Assembly: GCA_963756245.1 (NCBI GenBank) | Contig: CAVWOI010000025.1 | Span: 6,245 to 70,244 of the forward strand | DNA from: an uncultured Alphaproteobacteria bacterium | GTDB taxonomy: Bacteria; Pseudomonadota; Alphaproteobacteria; Rhizobiales; Xanthobacteraceae | Length of the DNA stretch: 64,000 nt | Reading direction: 5' to 3' | Shown here: in pieces, positions 48,445-56,916 of the stretch | How positions within the stretch are numbered: position 1 is the stretch's first letter | Layout: the number at the start of each line of letters is the position of its first letter | The notes under the pieces: generated by a model | Databases searched by the model: none | The model's input: only the letters and a program-made list of their open reading frames with translations | Told to the model about the DNA's origin: nothing | Made by a program: the position numbers and the translations under genes

Positions 48445-48507
48445 GAAAAGGACTGTCACCGGACTTGATCCGGTGCTGGAAATCGGCTTTCGGACAAGAT
48501 CATGCGC
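48445..48507. repeat. REP-like element (family F)
   Basis: ..caccggacttgatccggtg..ttcggacaagatcatgcgc. Shares the gacttgatcc hairpin loop and aagatcatgc tail with 38312-38365. Confidence 0.55.
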
Positions 48508-48658
48508 GAACGGGAAGTCCATGGTCCGGTCCGATTCGGTTGCCGCGGATCGGGGGCTGGGGCGCGGACTTATCGGCCAGCGGCCGGCGTTTATCGCGGC
48601 TTTTCGAAAAGTTTAACCTTTGAAACTACGATTGGCGGCCGTATCGCCGGATCGCGCT

Positions 48659-48889
48659 ATGCCCGAAGACCAGGATATGACGGCGCTCTGCCCCAAGTGC
48701 GGGGAGCCACTGATCTATGTCACCTCGGTGCCGCACCCGAAATCTCCCGCAATGCAGCGCACCACGTTCGTCTGCTACCCATGCAATCGCACCTGGAGCT
48801 ACGCGCTGGCGCCGGCCATGGCCGAAGCTTATGCCGCCAGCGCTCCGACGGCCGCCGGTCACGGCCCGGATCACGCCGCCGACGCCTGA
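48659..48889 (+). CDS. small zinc-ribbon protein (hypothetical)
   Basis: CPKCG...(27 aa)...CYPCN four-Cys ribbon. Its 3' end overlaps the ior gene end convergently by 19 nt. Confidence 0.4.
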   Translation: MPEDQDMTALCPKCGEPLIYVTSVPHPKSPAMQRTTFVCYPCNRTWSYALAPAMAEAYAASAPTAAGHGPDHAADA

Positions 48890-51800
48890 GTATCTTTGCC
48901 GCGCAGCAGCGCCAAAAGCTCGGCCTCGCACGCCTTGGCGCTTTCGACATTGCGCGCCTTGATGTGGCCGAAGCCGCGGATTTTTGCCGGTAGCGAAGCG
49001 ATCTCGATCGCGAGCGCGTGATTGTCCGGGCTGAGCGAAGCCGAAAGCTCGCCAAGGAGCGCTACGTAATCGGCGATCAAGCGCCGCTCCATGCGGCGTT
49101 CCCGGGTGTAGCCGAAAATGTCGAGCGCCGTGCCGCGCAACGGGCGCAGCCGCGTCAGAAGCTTGAAGACGTGGCGCATCCAGGGGCCGAAGGCACGCTT
49201 CTTCGGCTCGCCGGTCGTTGGATCGCGGCGCGCCAGGAGCGGCGGCGCCAGATGATAGGCAAAGGTGAAATCGCCTTCGAACTGGCGCTGCAGCTTTTTG
49301 ATAAAGGCGCCGTCGGTGTAGAGCCGCGCCACTTCGTATTCGTCCTTGTAGGCCATCAGCGTGAACAGGTTGCGCGCCACGGCCTCGGCCAGGCCGGACA
49401 AACCGCGGGCGAGCTTTGCTTCGGCGATGCGAACCGTCCGCACCGCGTCGCGATAGCGTTGCGCGTAAGCGGCGCTCTGATAACTTTTAAGAAAAGCGGC
49501 GCGGTGCTCCACCAGGGCGTCGAGGTCCTGCGGTTCGGGCGTCGCATCGTCGCGCAACGCGCCGCGCACCAGCGCTTCGACCTGGGCGCGGTCGTAGGCC
49601 GCGAGGCGGCCGAAGCCAAAACTACGTTTGTTGGTGTCGACCGCGACGCCATTCAGCTCGATAGCGCGCGCGATGGCCGCGAGCGTAAGCGGCACACAAC
49701 CTTTCTGGAAGGCATAGCCCAGCATGAACAGATTGGCGGCGATGGAATCGCCCATCAGCGCCGCGGCCAGCCCAGTGGCGTCGATGCTGTCGGCGCCGCC
49801 GTCGCCCGTCGCCGTTTTGATGGCGTGGAGCATTTTGGCGGTCTCGAAATCGATGTCCGGCTTGAACATGAAGGCCGCGGTCGGCTGCGCGTGGCTGTTG
49901 ATGATGGCCTTGGTAGCGCCGGTCTGGAGGCGCGACAGCGCCGCCGGGCTCGCCGCCACCACCGGATCACAGGCCAGCAGCACATCGGCGCCGCCCGAGG
50001 CGACGCGCACCGCGTAAAGGTCTTCCGGCCGCGGCGCCAGCCGCACATGGCTCATCACCGCACCGTTTTTTTGCGCAAGCCCGCTGATGTCGAGCACGGT
50101 GCAGCCTTTGCCTTCGAGATGCGCCGCCATGCCGATGAGCGCGCCCAGCGTAACGACGCCGGTGCCGCCGACGCCGGTGACGAGGATGCCATAGGGCCGC
50201 TCGAGCGGCGGCGCTTTCGGCTCCGGCAAATTGGCCAACAGGCTGTCATTCGCCGCGAGCCCGCCGAGCTTGCGCGGCGTGGCGCCGCGCACGGTGACAA
50301 AGCTTGGGCAAAAGCCCTTGAGGCAGGAAAAATCCTTGTTGCAGCTCGATTGATCGATGCGGCGCTTGCGGCCGAACTCGGTCTCGACCGGCAGCACGGC
50401 GATGCAGTTCGATTTGTCCGAGCAATCGCCGCAGCCTTCGCAGACCGCGTCGTTGATGAAGACACGCTCGGGCGGATCGGGAAATTTTCCGCGTTTGCGG
50501 CGGCGCCGCTTTTCCGCGGCGCAGGTCTGGTCGTAGATCAGCACCGTGAGGCCGGCGATGTCGCGCAGCTCGCGCTGCACGGCGTCGAGATCGTCGCGAT
50601 GGCGGATGGCGACGCCCGCGGGGAAGCCGGCATGCTTCGGATATTTGCCCGGCTCGTCGGCAACGACGACGACGCGGCGCGCGCCTTCGGCCAGCACCTG
50701 CTGGGCGATCTGCGCCACGGTCATCGCGCCTTCCACCGGCTGGCCGCCGGTCATGGCGACCGCGTCGTTGTAGAGAATCTTGTAGGTGATATTGACGCCC
50801 GCGGCGGCGGCGGCACGGATCGCCATCAGGCCGCTATGGGCATAGGTGCCGTCGCCGAGATTCTGGAAAACGTGGCGCTCGGTGGTGAACGGCGCTTGGC
50901 CGATCCAGTTGACGCCTTCGCCACCCATGTGGGTCAGCGTGGCGGTGTGGCGGTCGGGCATGAACAGCGCCATGCTGTGGCAGCCGATGCCGGCCATGGC
51001 GCGGCTGCCTTCCGGCACCCGCGTCGAGGTGTTGTGCGGACAGCCCGCGCAGAAAAACGGCGTGCGCTGTATGCTCGACACTGGTTGCGCCGGTCGCTCG
51101 AAGGCTTCGAGCTGCGCCAGGCGTTCGTCGAATTGCCGATCGACTTGAGAGGTGTCGCCGAGCCGTCTCAAGCGCGCGACGATGGCGCGCGCCACCATGG
51201 TCGGCGTCAGCTCGCCGGTTGAAGGAAGAAGCACCGCGCCGGCCTCATCGGTCTTGCCGACGATGCTCGGCCGGCGCGACGCCTCGACATTGTAGAGGAG
51301 TTTTACCAGCTGGTTCTCGACGAAGCCGCGCTTCTCTTCGACGACCAGAATGTCTTTGACGCCTCGCGCGAAGGCCAGCGCGCCTTGCGGCTCCAGCGGC
51401 CACGCCAGCGCGACTTTATAGACACGGATGCCGAGCGCGGCGGCGCGCTGTTCGGTGATGCCGAGCTCGCTCAGCGCCTGTCGCACGTCCAGATAGGCCT
51501 TGCCGGTGGTGACGATGCCGAGCCGCGGTTGCGGCGAATCGATCACCACGCGGTCGAGGCCGTTTGCGCGCGCGAATGCCTGCGCTGCGGCGAGCTTTGG
51601 GCCGTGCAGGCGGCGCTCCTGCTCGACCGCCCAATCCATGCCGCCGCGCGGCCAGCGGATGTGCAGCCCGCCCGGCGGCATGGCGAAATCGCTCGGCGTC
51701 GTCACAGCAACGCGTTGCGGATCGACGTAGACCGACGCGGAGCTGTCGACCGCTTCGCTCGCCGCCTTGAACGCCACCCAGCATCCGGAAAACCGCGACA

Positions 51801-52368
51801 GCGCGAAACCGAACAGCCCGAGATCGAGATAATCCTGGATCGTCGCCGGATTGAGGATCGGCATCATCGCCGCCTCGAACGCCTGTTCGCACTGATAAGC
51901 GGTGGTGGTGCTTTGCGCGCCGTGATCGTCGCCGGCGATCGCCAGCACGCCGCCATGCGGCGCGGTGCCGGCCCAATTGGCGTGGCGCAGCACGTCGAGC
52001 GAGCGGTCGACGCCGGGGCCTTTGCCGTACCAGATGCCGAACACGCCATCGACCGTGGCGCCGGGAAACAGGCCGACCTGCTGGCTGCCCCACACCGCGG
52101 TCGCGGCGAGGTCTTCGTTCAGCCCGGGCTGGAAGCGGATGTCGTTGTTCTCGAGCAGCGCCTTGGCCTGCCACAGCGCGCTGTCGTAGGTGCCGAGCGG
52201 CGAGCCGCGATAGCCGGAGATGAAGCCCGCGGTATTGAACCCGGCAGCGCGGTCGCGCGCGCGCTGCATGAGCGGCAGCCGCACCAGCGCCTGAATGCCG
52301 GAAAGATAGATGCGTCCGGATTGGAGGGTGTATTTGTCCTCCAGGTTTACGCGGGCCAATGCCACCAA
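48871..52368 (-). CDS. indolepyruvate ferredoxin oxidoreductase family protein (fused alpha/beta)
   Basis: 1,165 aa. N-terminus LEDKYTLQSGRIYLSGIQALVRLPL, TPP-binding region, two 4Fe-4S-like Cys clusters (CEGCGDC.., C..C), C-terminal IorB-like half. Confidence 0.9.
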   Translation of the reverse strand: MVALARVNLEDKYTLQSGRIYLSGIQALVRLPLMQRARDRAAGFNTAGFISGYRGSPLGTYDSALWQAKALLENNDIRFQPGLNEDLAATAVWGSQQVGLFPGATVDGVFGIWYGKGPGVDRSLDVLRHANWAGTAPHGGVLAIAGDDHGAQSTTTAYQCEQAFEAAMMPILNPATIQDYLDLGLFGFALSRFSGCWVAFKAASEAVDSSASVYVDPQRVAVTTPSDFAMPPGGLHIRWPRGGMDWAVEQERRLHGPKLAAAQAFARANGLDRVVIDSPQPRLGIVTTGKAYLDVRQALSELGITEQRAAALGIRVYKVALAWPLEPQGALAFARGVKDILVVEEKRGFVENQLVKLLYNVEASRRPSIVGKTDEAGAVLLPSTGELTPTMVARAIVARLRRLGDTSQVDRQFDERLAQLEAFERPAQPVSSIQRTPFFCAGCPHNTSTRVPEGSRAMAGIGCHSMALFMPDRHTATLTHMGGEGVNWIGQAPFTTERHVFQNLGDGTYAHSGLMAIRAAAAAGVNITYKILYNDAVAMTGGQPVEGAMTVAQIAQQVLAEGARRVVVVADEPGKYPKHAGFPAGVAIRHRDDLDAVQRELRDIAGLTVLIYDQTCAAEKRRRRKRGKFPDPPERVFINDAVCEGCGDCSDKSNCIAVLPVETEFGRKRRIDQSSCNKDFSCLKGFCPSFVTVRGATPRKLGGLAANDSLLANLPEPKAPPLERPYGILVTGVGGTGVVTLGALIGMAAHLEGKGCTVLDISGLAQKNGAVMSHVRLAPRPEDLYAVRVASGGADVLLACDPVVAASPAALSRLQTGATKAIINSHAQPTAAFMFKPDIDFETAKMLHAIKTATGDGGADSIDATGLAAALMGDSIAANLFMLGYAFQKGCVPLTLAAIARAIELNGVAVDTNKRSFGFGRLAAYDRAQVEALVRGALRDDATPEPQDLDALVEHRAAFLKSYQSAAYAQRYRDAVRTVRIAEAKLARGLSGLAEAVARNLFTLMAYKDEYEVARLYTDGAFIKKLQRQFEGDFTFAYHLAPPLLARRDPTTGEPKKRAFGPWMRHVFKLLTRLRPLRGTALDIFGYTRERRMERRLIADYVALLGELSASLSPDNHALAIEIASLPAKIRGFGHIKARNVESAKACEAELLALLRGKDTQASAA

Positions 52369-52539
52369 AGCGTCTCCCGTTATCGGCTCAGCGAAGGGAG
52401 TTTATGGCACGGATGCGGCCGGCGCGAGGAGCGCAAATAAGTGCGCCGGGCGGCGCTGCCATGCCGGGGCGCGCATGCATAATCGAGCGATGCCATCGGC
52501 TATTCTTCATCGCCTGAGATGGCGATGTTCCAACAAAGC

Positions 52540-52562
52540 TTTGGCAGAAAATAGCAAGACGC
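52540..52562 (-). promoter_or_regulatory. 23-bp motif copy 1 (upstream of ior)
   Basis: tttggcagaaaatagcaagacgc. It is 21/23 identical to 54193-54215, in the same orientation, and both copies are upstream of minus-strand genes. Confidence 0.45.
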
Positions 52563-52696
52563 GCCCGCAACCCGCGTGGCAATAAGGCCGCCCCGCCGAT
52601 GCCGGCGTATTGCCGTCCGGCGAGGACAGCATTGCGGCCTTGATCTTCCGCGGGCGAGCATCGCGCCGCCCGGCTGCGAACAGCGGACTTGTTCAC

Positions 52697-53023
52697 ATGA
52701 TGCAATTGTCAGGTACGATTTTGACCAAGAGAAACGGGCCTTTGGGGCGCCTCAATAATGCCTATGTGGGTCTCGCGCTCGTGCCGGAAGCCGGCGATGG
52801 CTCGAAGACCATCACGCTCAAACGCTACGGCGACTATGACGTGCGGTTGATCGATTTTTCGCAAGGCCGATCGACCGCGGACTGTCTCTTCTGGCTCGAG
52901 CTCTATTGCCACACGACCCGGTCGTCGCTCGACAGCTGCCGCTGCGACGATCTCGAAGACGCCGAGGCCGCGGCCGACCATCTCGTGTCGCGCGCCAAAC
53001 AGCTGCACGACGGCACCGCGTAG
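52697..53023 (+). CDS. hypothetical protein
   Basis: 108-aa ORF from ATG 52697 (MMQLSGTILTKRNGPLGRL..). No family recognised. Confidence 0.4.
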   Translation: MMQLSGTILTKRNGPLGRLNNAYVGLALVPEAGDGSKTITLKRYGDYDVRLIDFSQGRSTADCLFWLELYCHTTRSSLDSCRCDDLEDAEAAADHLVSRAKQLHDGTA

Positions 53024-53052
53024 CGCGCCGGGCGGCAAAATTTGGTGCCTCG

Positions 53053-54189
53053 CTAAGCTTGGGTCGAACGCTTTGCCGCCGGCGGGGGTTCAGTAGAGAT
53101 CTGCGCGCGTGCCTCGCGCGGCGTCTTGCCGGTCCACCGCTTGAACGCGTGGGTGAACGCGCTGACCTCTTGATAGCCGAGCAGCCACGCGATCTTGGAA
53201 ATCGACAGGCTTTGGTCGGTCAGATAGCGCTCGGCGAGATCGGACCTCAGCTGTTCCAAAACCTCGGAAAAAGTGTGGCCCTCCAACGACAGCCGCCGCG
53301 CAAATGTCCGTTGGCTCAATCCCAGCCGGGGCGCGATTTCGCCGGCCCGGCCTTTGCCGTGCGGCAATAACGGCACGATCGTGTTCTCGACGCTCGAGCG
53401 GAACGAGCTGCGGCTCGACGGCCGGCGCGACAGCGCGTCGTCGAAATAGGAAATCAAGAGCTTGTTCAGATAGGGGTCGGCGCTGACGACGGGCATGGTC
53501 TTGATGGCGGTCGCGAATACGATTTCGTCGGCCGCCGCGCCGAACTCGACCCCGTTGCCGAAAAATTCCACAAATTCCGCGGGAATGCTTTCTCGATGGT
53601 GGGCAAATCGCACGCGGCTTGGCACCAGGCGAAGGCCGGTCAGCTGCCGGCACAGGCGGACCAGCATCGTCATCACGAATTCCATCTGATGCCGATCCAG
53701 GTGACGGCTGACGCCGACATAGTCGATCGTCAAGGCGACGTCGCCGTTGTCGATATATTTAAGCGATATGCCTTCGTTGACGATCGAGCTGTATCGCGCG
53801 CCGCGTTTGAGCGCGTCGCCCATGATGTCCGACGATGCCAACACATAATGGAGCCAGCCCAGCTCGCGAAGATCGAACGGCTGGGCAAGATGGAATCCCA
53901 GAAAATCGTCCTGGACGGCGGCGGCAGCGAGATTGAGAAACCGGATTTGGTCGCGGACCCGCAGCCGCGCGTCGGGATTTTCAATTTCGGCAACGGTCAG
54001 ATGCGCCTTTTTCAGTACCGGCTCGAGCTCCACGCCGGCTTGCTTGGCGTGGGCGTAGGCGAGCCGCGTTATGCCGCCGCCGGCGGTCGGCAGCGGGTCG
54101 CGGCGTGTGGCCTCGGGATCATGCACGACGTCACCTTCAGCGTTTCCGGCGATCGATCGTCTCCAGCCCGCATTGGCATGGGCGGACAT
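53053..54189 (-). CDS. AraC-family transcriptional regulator (with AraC-type N-terminal ligand-binding domain)
   Basis: C-terminal double HTH (..RLGLSQRTFARRLSLEGHTFSEVLEQLR..ISKIAWLLGYQEVSAFTHAFKRWTGKTPREAR). True start may be the internal GTG (VVHDPEA). Confidence 0.85.
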   Translation of the reverse strand: MSAHANAGWRRSIAGNAEGDVVHDPEATRRDPLPTAGGGITRLAYAHAKQAGVELEPVLKKAHLTVAEIENPDARLRVRDQIRFLNLAAAAVQDDFLGFHLAQPFDLRELGWLHYVLASSDIMGDALKRGARYSSIVNEGISLKYIDNGDVALTIDYVGVSRHLDRHQMEFVMTMLVRLCRQLTGLRLVPSRVRFAHHRESIPAEFVEFFGNGVEFGAAADEIVFATAIKTMPVVSADPYLNKLLISYFDDALSRRPSSRSSFRSSVENTIVPLLPHGKGRAGEIAPRLGLSQRTFARRLSLEGHTFSEVLEQLRSDLAERYLTDQSLSISKIAWLLGYQEVSAFTHAFKRWTGKTPREARAQISTEPPPAAKRSTQA

Positions 54190-54192
54190 GGT

Positions 54193-54215
54193 TTTGGCAG
54201 ATTATAGCAAGACGC
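54193..54215 (-). promoter_or_regulatory. 23-bp motif copy 2 (immediately upstream of the AraC gene)
   Basis: tttggcagattatagcaagacgc. Read on the minus strand it is gcgtcTTGCTATAATctgccaaa, which includes a TATAAT hexamer. Confidence 0.45.
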
Positions 54216-54306
54216 CGGCGGAAGTCGCGCATATCAAGCCGCTTCCGCCGTCGCAAAAAGCGTCGCAACCGAACCAGCACAAAGCGCTGACCCAAACAAA
54301 CAACAG

Positions 54307-54717
54307 ATGGGCGAGCCAGGCGGTCGCGATAATTCCGGAGCTTTCGTGCCTTCACTGCCGAAAAAAATCGTAGCGATCGTCGATGACGATGCCGAGATGC
54401 TGGAGGCCGTGGCGGCTCTGCTGTCGGCATTCGGCTATGGCACGGAAACCTTCGATTCAGCGGAAGCCTTCCTCATTGCGGCCGCGACCAGCCAGGCCAG
54501 TTGCCTCGTCACCGACATTCAGCTCGGCGACATTTCCGGCGTCGAACTGGTGCATCAATTGTTGGCGGATGGTTACAAATATCCAACCATATTCATAACG
54601 GCGTTCGACGACGAGACGATCAGGCGGAAAGTCGCGGCCGTCGGCGGCATTGCATTCTTGACCAAGCCGTTTCCGTCGAATGTGTTGATCGAGGCGATCG
54701 TTAAGGCGATAGGGTAG
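54307..54717 (+). CDS. stand-alone response regulator receiver protein
   Basis: KIVAIVDDDAEMLEAV..CLVTDIQLGDISGVEL..PTIFITAFDD..FLTKPF gives the receiver acidic pocket, phospho-Asp and Lys. No output domain. Confidence 0.8.
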   Translation: MGEPGGRDNSGAFVPSLPKKIVAIVDDDAEMLEAVAALLSAFGYGTETFDSAEAFLIAAATSQASCLVTDIQLGDISGVELVHQLLADGYKYPTIFITAFDDETIRRKVAAVGGIAFLTKPFPSNVLIEAIVKAIG

Positions 54718-54829
54718 GCGCGCTTGCGCGCAGTGTCGTTTCGTAAAGAGTAGGCCACATTCCGGCGTCCGATACTGGACCAAAGTCCAACGCGACGATC
54801 ACTTTGTTGCGACAGCGGTTTTCGCTGCC

Positions 54830-54863
54830 TCCTGACAGCAGACATTTTCTCCTGACAGCAGAC
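54830..54863 (+). promoter_or_regulatory. 14-bp direct repeat pair
   Basis: tcctgacagcagac at 54830-54843 and again at 54850-54863 (20-bp register), about 60 bp upstream of the 54923 gene. Confidence 0.3.
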
Positions 54864-54922
54864 TTGGCCTGCGCCATGATGCGCCGACGCCCCGGAGGCG
54901 GGACGCCAAATCGAGGACAATC

Positions 54923-55612
54923 GTGACCGACTTTGTCTATGAGATCGCCTGCAGCGGCGATCGCGCGCACGAGCAGGCGGTGCAGGCGTGGGCGGAGCGG
55001 CACGCCGCGCCGGCCTGGACGGCGCTGCCCGGATTGTCCGCCGTCGATCTTTACCAGCCGATCCACGGTGGCACCCACGATCCGTTCAACGACGACGGCC
55101 CCGGGCCATTGTTGATGGCCATGCTGCAATTTCCGACAAAAGAAAAACTGCAAGCCGGCCTGTCCGATCCGCGTTTTGGGCAAAGCCTTGCCGGAATGCC
55201 CCTTGCCGCCACCGGCACGGGTTTCGAACGGCGGTTCTTTCCGGTCGCCGGCGCGCCAGATCCGGGGCCGCTGCGCGCGCCGTTCTCCTATGTGGTGCGC
55301 TACCACCATCCAGCGGAGAACGTGGCGGAATTCGTCTCTCATTATGTCGCCGACCATCCGCCGATCCTCGGCAAGCTGCCGCAGATCAGATCGGTGCTGT
55401 GCTATTTGCCGATCGACGCCGGCGCGTCCGGCATCCTGCCGCCGGCTAATTACATGATCGGCAATGAAGTCGCGTTCGACTCGCCCGAAGCCTTCAATGC
55501 CGCGATGGCGTCGCCGGTGCGCCACGAGTTGCGTGCGCACTTTCACAGCTTTCCGAAATTCACCGGAAAAAACACGCATTATCCGATGATGCGGCGGCAA
55601 TTGACGCCGTGA
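54923..55612 (+). CDS. EthD-like / dimeric alpha-beta barrel duplicated protein (tentative)
   Basis: 229 aa, GTG start. The second half (FSYVVRYHHPAENVAEFVSHYVADHPPILGKLPQIR..) resembles EthD/TIGR02118-type proteins. The assignment is tentative. Confidence 0.45.
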   Translation: MTDFVYEIACSGDRAHEQAVQAWAERHAAPAWTALPGLSAVDLYQPIHGGTHDPFNDDGPGPLLMAMLQFPTKEKLQAGLSDPRFGQSLAGMPLAATGTGFERRFFPVAGAPDPGPLRAPFSYVVRYHHPAENVAEFVSHYVADHPPILGKLPQIRSVLCYLPIDAGASGILPPANYMIGNEVAFDSPEAFNAAMASPVRHELRAHFHSFPKFTGKNTHYPMMRRQLTP

Positions 55613-55618
55613 GCCGCA

Positions 55619-56410
55619 TCACCATCGGCCCTGCATATATTCCTCAATGCACGCCGCCGACGCCTTGGCATAGGTGCCGCGGCGGCTGATCACCGAGCCG
55701 GTGAGCCGGTGCAAAGCCAGCGCCATCTCGGCGGCCTTCGCGGTCACCGCGATGCCGCTGAGCACGAGCGCGCCATCGATGACGAACGGACATTCGCGCG
55801 CGAACAACAGCATCGGCAGGCCGCCGGCCGGCAGGATGACCTCGGCGCCGTCGGCCACCATGGGCCGCACTTGCTCGATGAATTCGGCGCGGACTTGCGC
55901 ATAGCTCTCAGCGTCGGTGAAGGCGCGCATGAAGCTGCCGAGGTCGGCGCGGATGGCGCGCACGCCGACCACCCGCTGGTCGAGCCCGTGCGCCATCACC
56001 TGGCGCTCGTGCCAGGTGATGAAGCTCGGGTCGATGGTCACGAGACCGATGCGGCCGCCCATGGCGAGCGCGGCCAGAAGGTTGGCCTCGCCGAGCCCGA
56101 TCACCGGGATGTCCACCGCGCCGCGGATTTCCAAAAGGCCCGGCTCCTGGAAATGGCCGATGACGAAGGCGTCGTAGCCATCGCGCTCCGCGTCGATGGC
56201 GTGGCGGATCACCTGCGCGGCGCAGCGGAATTCCGTCAGCGGGTGGAAGTGACGATCGGGAGGGTCGAGGCCGTGGACTTCGAACTGGATATCCGGCGCC
56301 GCAACTTGGCGCAGAAACGCTTGCAGCCGTTCGATATAAGGCGCCTGCTCGACCGGATGGACGAAGCTCTGGTACCAGATGCGAGCCGGTCGGGATGATG
56401 ATTCAGCCAT
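55619..56410 (-). CDS. Asp/Glu/hydantoin racemase family protein
   Basis: 264 aa from ATG 56410. GYDAFVIGHFQEPGL..VIGLGEA..ILPAGGLP layout is typical of hydantoin-racemase-like proteins. Confidence 0.65.
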   Translation of the reverse strand: MAESSSRPARIWYQSFVHPVEQAPYIERLQAFLRQVAAPDIQFEVHGLDPPDRHFHPLTEFRCAAQVIRHAIDAERDGYDAFVIGHFQEPGLLEIRGAVDIPVIGLGEANLLAALAMGGRIGLVTIDPSFITWHERQVMAHGLDQRVVGVRAIRADLGSFMRAFTDAESYAQVRAEFIEQVRPMVADGAEVILPAGGLPMLLFARECPFVIDGALVLSGIAVTAKAAEMALALHRLTGSVISRRGTYAKASAACIEEYMQGRW

Positions 56411-56466
56411 GTGCGGTCCCCGCGCTGCAAACATTTTGCGTTGCGATCTAACACGAGACGACGGCG

Positions 56467-56913
56467 ATGGACGATATTTTCTATGAGGACGTCAACCCCG
56501 GCGCCGTCCTGCGCGCCGGGCCTTACGTGATCCCGGAGCAGGAGCTGCTGGATTTCGCCGCGGCCTGGGACCCATTGCCGATCCACGTCGACAAGGATTA
56601 CGCCGCCCGGCACGGCGGCATTACCGCGCCGGGACTTTATCTGCTCGCGGTCAAGATGCGTCTCATCCACCGCTTGCCGTTCCGCCGCACCGTCATCGCC
56701 GGCTTCGGCCTCGATGAGGTGCGCTTCCATCGTCCGGCGCATCCCGGCGACGCGTTGACGCTCGAGCTGACCTGGCGCGACAAGCGGCGCTCGCAATCAA
56801 AGCCCGATCGCGGCATCGTCAGCGGCCATCACGCGCTGGTCGATGCGGCCGGCGAAACGGTCATGAGCCATCTCGATACGATCCTGATGCGGCTGCGCAA
56901 CCCGGAGCGCTGA
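56467..56913 (+). CDS. MaoC-like (R)-specific dehydratase, hot-dog fold
   Basis: DFAAAWDPLPIHVDKDYAA..GGITAPG..VRFHRPAHPGD is the MaoC dehydratase pattern. Confidence 0.8.
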   Translation: MDDIFYEDVNPGAVLRAGPYVIPEQELLDFAAAWDPLPIHVDKDYAARHGGITAPGLYLLAVKMRLIHRLPFRRTVIAGFGLDEVRFHRPAHPGDALTLELTWRDKRRSQSKPDRGIVSGHHALVDAAGETVMSHLDTILMRLRNPER

Positions 56914-56916
56914 GGA

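Noticed and set aside
52541-52556. TGGCAG-N-TAGCA as a sigma-54 (-24/-12) promoter, also at 54194
   Set aside because: The GG-to-GC spacing is 9 nt rather than the strict 10. The orientation is opposite to the downstream minus-strand genes. No sigma-54 activator (AAA+ EBP) is encoded nearby.
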